From: an uncultured delta proteobacterium
Lineage (GTDB): Bacteria > Desulfobacterota > Desulfobacteria > Desulfobacterales > JAHEIW01
DNA length: 64,000 nt
Direction of reading: 5' to 3'
Assembly (NCBI GenBank): GCA_963706575.1
Contig: CAVPNL010000012.1
Location: 192,001-256,000 of the forward strand
Positions 56,508 through 64,000 of this stretch are shown here, piece by piece. How positions within the stretch are numbered: the first letter of the stretch is position 1; every line of letters begins with the position of its first letter. The notes under the pieces were generated by a model. The model did not search any database, was not told where the DNA came from, and saw only the letters and a program-made list of their open reading frames with translations. The translations under genes were made by a program, and so were the position numbers.

Positions 56508-58802
56508 ATGCTGAAAAAAATCCTTAAATACACCCTCCTCATTTTTGTTTTAGGCGGCGTGGCTTTGGCGATCTACGCTTGGTATCTTTCAACCCAGGTT
56601 GAAAAACGCTTCTCCGCCCGACGCTGGAGCATCCCCTCAACGGTTTATTCGGATACAACGCTTCTATACCCGGGGCAGCGCTTGAATCCATCCCTGTTCA
56701 ACCAGAAGCTGGTTAATTTAGGCTATCGCCGGGTGCAGCATTTGCCTTCCCAAAAAGGTGAAATCCGGATAAGACCGGATGCGCTGGATATTTTTTTAAA
56801 CGACCTGAAAACACCCTGGACCCAACGCCGGGGGTTTTTGGTTCAAATTGGCTTCAGTGAAAACAGAATCGGCGCGATCAGCCGAATGGAAAACGGCGAG
56901 ACGATACCGATCCTGGAATTGGAACCTGAAGAAATCATGCAGTTTTTCGGCCAGGAACGTGAACGCCGGCAACTGATTTCGCTCGAGCAGGTTCCCGAGC
57001 ACCTGATTCAGGCCGTTCTGGCAGCCGAGGACCATCGGTTTTTTCAACATTACGGCGTCGATCTGCGAGGTATTCTGAGAGCCCTGATCTCCAACCTGCG
57101 TCACGGGTCCATCCGGCAGGGCGGCTCGACTTTGACCCAGCAGCTGGCCAAAAATTATTTTTTAACACCGGCCCGTACCATTACCCGCAAGTTTAAAGAA
57201 GTTATTCTATCGGTGATCATCGAATTAAAATACGACAAGCGTGAGATTTTAGAGATTTATTTGAATGAAATCTATCTGGGACAAAAGGGTTCGGTTGCCA
57301 TTAACGGATTCGGGGAAGCGGCTTATTTTTATTTCGGCAAACCGGTTAAGCACCTGACGCTTTCGGAAGCGGCCATCATTGCCGGTTTGATCAAAGCACC
57401 CAATCATTATTCACCATACCGGGATATCACGCGCTGCCGCAGCCGCCGTGATGCGGTTTTGCAGGCCATGCACCGCTGGGAATGGATTACCGAAACAGCG
57501 CTTCAAACCGCGCTGAAACAGCCGATCAAAGCCGTCGGATTCATCGCGTCCCATACCAAAGCCCCCTATTTTATCGATTACCTGACCGAACAGCTCAACA
57601 CGTTGTATCGCCCGGAAGATCTTTCGAGCCTGGGGCTTTCCGTGTACACCACGCTGGACACCCAGGTCCAAGGGGCCGCCGAAGAGGCTCTCGCAAAAGG
57701 GTTGACCCGTTTGGAAAATGCGAATGCGGCGCTGCAGCGCGAAGTGCCTGCAGAAAAACTCCAGGGGGCCATTATCGTCATGCAGCCCAAAACCGGCCAC
57801 ATCCTGGCCCTGGTGGGCGGACGCAACTATAGCGTCAGTCAGTTTAACCGAATCACCCAGGCCCGGCGGCAGCCCGGCAGCGCATTTAAACCCATTGTCT
57901 ATTTGAGCAGCCTGTCTCAATTTACACCCACTTCACTGCTGTCAAATGACCCCAAATCGTATACGGTAAACGGCGAATTGTGGGAGCCTCAGAACTTTGA
58001 ACCGGTGACCGAATATACCGTCAGCCTGAAAGACGCCCTTAAAAAGTCGTATAACCTGGCCACGGTCGACCTGGCCATGCAAACCGGCCTTGAACGCATC
58101 GTGGATGTGGCCAGACGGTTTCAATTTTCAACACCGATTAAGCCGTATCCGTCACTGGCTCTGGGCGCTTTTGAGGTCATACCCATGGAGCTCACCCGGG
58201 CCTATTGCGTATTTGCAGCCGAGGGCGTGCAGCCGTTTCCGCTGTCATTAAAGGGGGTTGTGGACGAACATGACAAAATCCTCGAACAACAGCATCTCAA
58301 TATCAAACGCCTGATTACACCGGCCGAAGCATTTGTTATGAACAGCATGCTGCAAAACGTGGTTAAAGAAGGCACGGCGCGCGCATTGCAATGGCGCGGC
58401 GTTACCTGGCCGGTTGCCGGCAAGACGGGAACGACCAACAATTTTAGAGATGCCTGGTTTGTGGGGTATACCCCGGATATACTGGCGCTGGTCTGGGTCG
58501 GCTTTGACAATGGCGATTCGACCGAGGCAACCGGCGCAGCGGCCGCGCTGCCGATCTGGGCCGACCTCATGAACGCCATCCCCCAATACCGATCTGAAAC
58601 CGACTTTAAAATGCCCAAAGGCGTTGAAAAAATCCGGGTTTGTTCGGTCACCGGCCGGCCGGCGGTCGCCGGCTGCCCGGAACCGGCGGAGGTGTATTTT
58701 TTGGCCGACCGCAAACCGGACGGGTATTGCCCGTTGCATGACAAGGGCGGAATTGCTGGAAAAATCATCAAAGGCGTAAAGGACCTCATCGATGGGGATT
58801 AA
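56508..58802 (+). CDS. mrcB: Class A penicillin-binding protein 1B
   Basis: UB2H-like region, EDHRF, QGGSTLTQQLAKN, RKFKE, SAFK, SYN, KTGT. Confidence 0.9.
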   Translation: MLKKILKYTLLIFVLGGVALAIYAWYLSTQVEKRFSARRWSIPSTVYSDTTLLYPGQRLNPSLFNQKLVNLGYRRVQHLPSQKGEIRIRPDALDIFLNDLKTPWTQRRGFLVQIGFSENRIGAISRMENGETIPILELEPEEIMQFFGQERERRQLISLEQVPEHLIQAVLAAEDHRFFQHYGVDLRGILRALISNLRHGSIRQGGSTLTQQLAKNYFLTPARTITRKFKEVILSVIIELKYDKREILEIYLNEIYLGQKGSVAINGFGEAAYFYFGKPVKHLTLSEAAIIAGLIKAPNHYSPYRDITRCRSRRDAVLQAMHRWEWITETALQTALKQPIKAVGFIASHTKAPYFIDYLTEQLNTLYRPEDLSSLGLSVYTTLDTQVQGAAEEALAKGLTRLENANAALQREVPAEKLQGAIIVMQPKTGHILALVGGRNYSVSQFNRITQARRQPGSAFKPIVYLSSLSQFTPTSLLSNDPKSYTVNGELWEPQNFEPVTEYTVSLKDALKKSYNLATVDLAMQTGLERIVDVARRFQFSTPIKPYPSLALGAFEVIPMELTRAYCVFAAEGVQPFPLSLKGVVDEHDKILEQQHLNIKRLITPAEAFVMNSMLQNVVKEGTARALQWRGVTWPVAGKTGTTNNFRDAWFVGYTPDILALVWVGFDNGDSTEATGAAAALPIWADLMNAIPQYRSETDFKMPKGVEKIRVCSVTGRPAVAGCPEPAEVYFLADRKPDGYCPLHDKGGIAGKIIKGVKDLIDGD

Positions 58803-59208
58803 ATTCATAAAAATTATTTTATTCGTAGTAGTGGCCGCCTGGCTGGCTGCCTGCCCGAAGCCGCCGTTGCAAGAGGTACGCGTTGAAGGGGAAGAACCCA
58901 CCAGCGTAGAAGAAACCACCAAAGAAAACCCGCGGGTGGTGGCCTCGCAGCAATTGACCGACCAGGGCCGCCGCCTGCTGGAGGACCGCAAGCCGGATAA
59001 AGCCATCCGGGTACTGGAACAGGCGGTCAGCCTCCATCCGACCAATGGCCGCAATTACTATTATCTTTCCGAGGCATGGCTGATGAAAGGTTCCGCGACC
59101 CAGGCCAAAGAATTCAATAACCTGGCAGAAATCCACCTCAAAGAAGACAGCGCGTGGATGATTCGGGTGGCAAACCAGGCGGACCGGATCGCGGAGCTGG
59201 AAAAGTAG
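58792..59208 (+). CDS. TPR lipoprotein (LpoP-like candidate PBP1B activator)
   Basis: LAAC lipobox, linker, two TPRs. Overlaps the mrcB stop. Confidence 0.75.
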   Translation: MGIKFIKIILFVVVAAWLAACPKPPLQEVRVEGEEPTSVEETTKENPRVVASQQLTDQGRRLLEDRKPDKAIRVLEQAVSLHPTNGRNYYYLSEAWLMKGSATQAKEFNNLAEIHLKEDSAWMIRVANQADRIAELEK

Positions 59209-59375
59209 CAGCGACTTTCAAAATGCGCTTTATGCGCCTCAGGTGGAGGGGTTATAAAAATCGCATGGCGCATAGCGCAAAGAGTTAAAACCCAAGCTCG
59301 CAATCGCGAGCCGATCAATTTGACAGGCTGATTGTGGCCCGGTCAGAAAGAAAAAATTATCAACATAATAATCTT

Positions 59376-59407
<32 letters not shown>

Positions 59408-59549
59408 TCTATTCCAATTTCTCACCAAAAAACCAGCGATGGCGGCCGATGTGCGCATTGTCGTAATCTAAAAATTGCCCGCTGAATTCCGGGGGCCTTG
59501 CAGCGCCAGCCAGGCAATCATGCGCCCCGGCACCTGCGCTGTTTCAAGT

Positions 59550-60763
59550 TCATTTCGAAAGATCCAGTAATGCCACAACAACATTCGTATCACTTTTTCC
59601 CATGGCGTGTTTCATATATTCCACCATCAATACCGACTGCATGGCTTCCGTTGACATCTGAAACCAGGGTCTTTTGTCTTTAAATACTTGAGGGGACCAG
59701 GTGCGGGCCGGCCGATAGTCGCGGCCGTATCGATTTTCCAGGATATTGAGATAGATTTTCATTCTTTCTTTAAGCTCATCTGCAGACATGGCATTTATTT
59801 TAGAAAAAGCGTCACCAAACGCGCTGATGCCCGGCAGGGATGGATATTCCATTATCTGTTTAAAGGATTTCGCAAAACGTCTTATCCCATTGTAAATATG
59901 GTGTTTTTTAACGACGTTGATCTTGGACCAGCCGGCCCGGACCCATTTAAATGCCGCACAGCGCAGCAAGGGTGCATAGGGGTCAATTTCGTAATATATG
60001 TTAATGCCATATGAATCATACATGCGGGATCGCACCCAGCCCAGCCCGGGCTTCGTCAAACCCGGCTTGCCGGAATAAAAATAATCCCAATTATCGTCAG
60101 AGCCCAGCACATATCCTTTCTTGCCCACATCCGATTTACCCTTTTGTTTGGATATCGATATGATCACCTTACGATTGTTGACTTTAAACAGTATCAGGGT
60201 GCGATACAAATCATAACTGTAATAGGCACCTGAGGAGATATCCGGTGTGTTTTCGACAAATTCGAGCCCTTTGACAAAGATCGGCGCGTCGCGTTCATCG
60301 ATGATCTTCCACAGCACCGGCATTTGGCCGCTTAAACCTTGCACCTGCTTCCAGTGCGACAACCGGATAGAAGAAGGTGTCGTTAAATGGAGGGCACCTT
60401 TGGATTAAACGCATATTTAAGCATATGGTCAAAGCGCTGCCGGATATCAAAATCGAAGTAGGCTGACGGGGATCCGAGTTTGGGGTCCGCAAAATACAGG
60501 GCACCCGGCTCTTTGGGTCCTTCCACAAATTCCAGCAGTTTTTTGATTTTATCGGGTTGAAATGAGGGTTGCTTCTGCGGATCCGCCAGATCTAAAAGAT
60601 GCATCAGACCCGGCGAAAGGCTATCCGGAACCTCAATTTGGGTAAGTGGCTCTGCGCCCGGGGCCGAAGCGGCTTGAAACAAGAAAGTCATTATTGTCAA
60701 GGCGCAACAGCAAACCATTTTTAACTGTGATGTCATTTTTTTTATTGAGCTTTGTATTGTCAT
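59550..60763 (-). CDS. Hypothetical exported protein split by a 1-nt frameshift near 60385
   Basis: Adding one T to ATTTAA fuses 60383..60763 with 59550..60362 (…VPSILTTPSSIRLSHWKQV…). Confidence 0.7.
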
Positions 60764-61014
60764 ATTGATAAATACCTCGATACCTTATGAGAAACCGGAA
60801 TAACCAGCACAGATCAGATTAGATTAGAACATGAATCTTATTAGAGAAAATAGGGATTTTGGTCTTCCAGATCACCACTAAGAAAAATTTTGTATCTGCC
60901 CGATCAATTGTTATCTTATTAACCTAATCTCGAATAAAAAATTTTCCACCCTATATCAAAAAATTTTCGAACGATTTTTAAAAATTTGAACACTCTCATA
61001 AGGGAGGTACAAAA

Positions 61015-61209
61015 ATGAAAGTTAAAATTGATTATGATTTATGTATGGGTGATCGCAATTGCAACAAACTTTGTCCGGAAGTCTTCGATTACGATGCCGA
61101 TCAATTGCAGGCCCGAATTAAAGTCGATGAAGTCCCCGAACATCTGCAGGATCTGGTTCGGCAGGCCGCTGCTGAATGTGCGCCCGGCGCCATCATTGTT
61201 GAAGAATAG
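61015..61209 (+). CDS. Mono-cluster ferredoxin (3Fe-4S/4Fe-4S)
   Basis: CMGDRNC...CPEVF...CAPGAI. GGGAGG RBS. Confidence 0.88.
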   Translation: MKVKIDYDLCMGDRNCNKLCPEVFDYDADQLQARIKVDEVPEHLQDLVRQAAAECAPGAIIVEE

Positions 61210-61215
61210 AAAGCA

Positions 61216-64000
61216 ATGAAAACACAGTCGATTCGGGTCAAAGGTGCCCGGCAGCATAATCTGAAAAATCTTGATATCGAAATCCCGCTGAACCGCATTA
61301 CGGTGGTAACCGGGGTCAGCGGTTCCGGCAAGTCTTCTCTGGCCTTTGATACGCTCTATGCCGAAGGCCAGCGCCGCTACGTGGAAACGTTTTCACCCTA
61401 TGCCCGCCAATTCATGGATCGCATGGACCGGCCCCAGGTGGATAAAATCGAAGGCATCCCGCCGGCCATTGCCATCGACCGCAAAGATCCGGTTCGAACC
61501 TCGCGGTCGACGGTCGGCACCATGACTGAAATTACGGATTATGTCAAACTTTTATATGCCCGGCTGGGACAACTCCATTGTAAATCGTGTGGCCAACCGG
61601 TCATACCCGAAACACCGGCGCACGTTTGGGATTTTTTAGAACGCCAGTCGGCCGGCGGCCAGATCGTTATCACTTTTCCGTATCGGCTGGAGGCTGCGCC
61701 CTTCAAAGAAGTGCGTCAACTTCTTATGCAAATGGGCTTTGACCGACTTTACCTCGACGGCCGCATTACCCATCTGGAAGAATGGCAGCCGGCGAAACGG
61801 CCAATAGAAATTCCGGTCCTGGCCGACCGCGTGATCCTGCGCGCCAAAGAGCGCGAGCGCATCCTGGACTCACTCGAATTGGCCTACCGCTTTGGCGGCG
61901 GACGGCTGGATGTCTGGATCCCGCCGGACGGCCACCAGGCCTTCAGCAATCAACTGGAATGTGCCGATTGCAAAATCAAATACAACACGCCCATGCCGAA
62001 TCTTTTCTCATTCAACAGCCCGCTGGGCGCCTGCGACACCTGCCGGGGATTCGGCCGCACCATCGGTATCGATCTGGACCTGATTATTCCGGATCCCTCG
62101 CGTTCACTGGAAGACGGCGCCATCAAGCCCTTCGGAGCGAAAGAAAACGGGCGCATGGAGTTTGATGACCTGATGGATTTTTGCCGGCGCCGCCGGATTC
62201 CGATGCGGGTCCCGTTTCAACACTTAAAGGCGGCGCACAAAAAGGCAATTATCGAGGGCACGTCGACCTATTACGGCATCCACGGCTTTTTCCGCTGGCT
62301 GGAAACCAGAACCTATAAAATGCCGGTGCGGGTATTTCTTTCGCGCTACCGCAGCTATGACGTCTGCCCGGATTGCGACGGCACCCGTTTCAAAGACGAA
62401 TCCCTGCTTTATCAACTGGCCGGCCGCACGATCGCCCAGGTATACCGAGGTAATGTGGATCAGACCCTCGATTTTTTCAAAACGCTCAAGATTGCGGCCC
62501 GGGATGAAGCCGGCCTGCTGGTGCTGCAGGAAGTCCGTAACCGCCTGGCCTATTTAAGAGATGTCGGCCTGGGCTACCTGACCCTTGACCGGCAATCACG
62601 CACCCTGTCCGGCGGTGAGGTCCAGCGGGTAGCACTGGCCTCGTCCCTGGGGTCTTCTCTGGTCAATACGCTATATGTGCTGGATGAACCCAGTATCGGG
62701 CTTCACCCGCGTGACAATCACCGGCTGATTCGTATTTTAAAAGGGCTGCGCAATCTGTCCAATACCGTGGTGGTTGTCGAGCATGACCCCGAAATAATAC
62801 GTGAAAGCGATTTTCTGCTGGATCTCGGGCCCCGGGCCGGAGAAAGCGGCGGCGAGGTCATGTATTTCGGCCCCACCGCAAATGTCAACGGCTCCCTGAC
62901 CGGCCAATATTTAAAAGGCGAACGCCGGATTCCCGTTAGAGAAACGCGGCGCCGTCCTCAAAAAGACCGATGGATTACGATAAAAAATGCGGCCGAAAAT
63001 AATTTGAAAGACATCGATGTCCGCATTCCCCTGGGATTGTTTGTCTGTCTCACGGGCGTATCCGGATCGGGCAAATCGACCCTGGCCGAAGAAATTCTTT
63101 ATAAAGCGGCCAAACGGGCGCTGGGCGATCCCCTAGATCGACCCGGCCGGCACAAAAAAATCACAGGGATCCATAACATCGATGATGTCGTCCTGGTGGA
63201 TCAGCGCTCCATCGGTCGAACGCCCAGAGCCAATGCCCTGACCTACACCAAAGCGCTGGATCCCATTCGCAAGCTGCTGGCGCAGACCGATGCTGCCAGA
63301 GCCAAAAACTTCGGGCCGGGTTATTTTTCATTCAATGTTTCCGACGGGCGCTGTGAGACTTGCAACGGAGACGGATTCGAAAAGGTTGAAATGCAGTTTC
63401 TTTCCGATGTCTATATCACCTGCCCCGATTGCAGGGGCAAACGCTTTAAAGAAACCGTATTGGAAATCACCTATCAGGGCAAAAACATACACGACCTTTT
63501 GAACCTGACCGTCAATCAGGCCCTTGAATTTTTTCAGGATCATCATAAAATTATCGCCGCTTTACAGCCGCTGGCGGATGTCGGCCTCGGCTACATTCGC
63601 CTGGGCCAGCCCATCAATACGCTGTCCGGCGGCGAAGCCCAGCGCCTGAAACTTTCGCGCCACGTAAAGCTCAACGGCCACGGGGACGCCCGCAGACTGT
63701 TTATCTTTGATGAGCCCACCACCGGCCTGCATTTCGACGACATCGGCAAACTGCTTACGGCCCTGCAGCAACTGGTGGATGGTGGAAATACGGTTTTGGT
63801 CATCGAACACAACATGGATGTGATCAAGACCGCGGACTGGGTCATCGATCTGGGGCCCGAAGGCGGCGACAACGGTGGCCGGGTGGTGGCCAGCGGACCT
63901 CCCGAAAAAATCGCTCAAAAAAATAATTCGCACACCGGGCGGTTTTTAAAAGTATACCTGGATGGAAGCGGGCGCCTGAAACGGAAGAAATCAGGGCCGG
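61216..64000 (+). CDS. uvrA: Excinuclease ABC subunit A, runs off the window end
   Basis: GARQHNLKN, TGVSGSGKSSLAFDTLYAEGQRRY, LSGGE, DEPSIGLH, a second GVSGSGKS and DEPTTGLH. The end of the window is in frame with the start and still open. Confidence 0.95.
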   Translation, partial: MKTQSIRVKGARQHNLKNLDIEIPLNRITVVTGVSGSGKSSLAFDTLYAEGQRRYVETFSPYARQFMDRMDRPQVDKIEGIPPAIAIDRKDPVRTSRSTVGTMTEITDYVKLLYARLGQLHCKSCGQPVIPETPAHVWDFLERQSAGGQIVITFPYRLEAAPFKEVRQLLMQMGFDRLYLDGRITHLEEWQPAKRPIEIPVLADRVILRAKERERILDSLELAYRFGGGRLDVWIPPDGHQAFSNQLECADCKIKYNTPMPNLFSFNSPLGACDTCRGFGRTIGIDLDLIIPDPSRSLEDGAIKPFGAKENGRMEFDDLMDFCRRRRIPMRVPFQHLKAAHKKAIIEGTSTYYGIHGFFRWLETRTYKMPVRVFLSRYRSYDVCPDCDGTRFKDESLLYQLAGRTIAQVYRGNVDQTLDFFKTLKIAARDEAGLLVLQEVRNRLAYLRDVGLGYLTLDRQSRTLSGGEVQRVALASSLGSSLVNTLYVLDEPSIGLHPRDNHRLIRILKGLRNLSNTVVVVEHDPEIIRESDFLLDLGPRAGESGGEVMYFGPTANVNGSLTGQYLKGERRIPVRETRRRPQKDRWITIKNAAENNLKDIDVRIPLGLFVCLTGVSGSGKSTLAEEILYKAAKRALGDPLDRPGRHKKITGIHNIDDVVLVDQRSIGRTPRANALTYTKALDPIRKLLAQTDAARAKNFGPGYFSFNVSDGRCETCNGDGFEKVEMQFLSDVYITCPDCRGKRFKETVLEITYQGKNIHDLLNLTVNQALEFFQDHHKIIAALQPLADVGLGYIRLGQPINTLSGGEAQRLKLSRHVKLNGHGDARRLFIFDEPTTGLHFDDIGKLLTALQQLVDGGNTVLVIEHNMDVIKTADWVIDLGPEGGDNGGRVVASGPPEKIAQKNNSHTGRFLKVYLDGSGRLKRKKSGP

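Overview
This is a 64 kb bacterial chromosomal segment. Gene content and intergenic repeats suggest Desulfobacterota (Desulfobacterales-like), which is an inference. The backbone carries housekeeping and metabolic genes: acpH, acyl-CoA dehydrogenase, LOG, Fe-ADH, nfi, pepP, mrcB with a TPR lipoprotein, a ferredoxin and a truncated uvrA. It also carries a tandem pair of dynamin-like GTPases, a degenerate DEDDh/GIY-YIG nuclease, an AblB-like acetyltransferase next to a double-length KamA-like radical SAM protein, and a proline-racemase/ABC/amidohydrolase/ArgE cluster. The main accessory feature is a ~10.8 kb island (12090-22913). It is bounded by a 17-bp direct repeat with lambda-like arm repeats but has no matching integrase of its own. 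Inside it, cargo genes are separated by two families of ~90-95 bp degenerate direct repeats. A 2.1 kb two-tyrosine-recombinase element with 14-bp inverted ends and a 7-bp flanking repeat has inserted into one of those repeats. The island also holds a DUF4258 / long-tailed MqsA-like / DUF6941-like three-gene module that looks like a toxin-antitoxin-chaperone system without SecB. Right of the island are a UGA-readthrough (selenocysteine) rhodanese and three candidate small RNAs with sigma54, sigma28 and NrdR-box promoters. Many MITEs and periodic hairpin repeats fill the intergenic space, including one element whose centre is inverted between its two copies. Three single-base homopolymer frameshifts are probably sequencing errors. 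All family names come from motif recognition by eye; no database searches were run.
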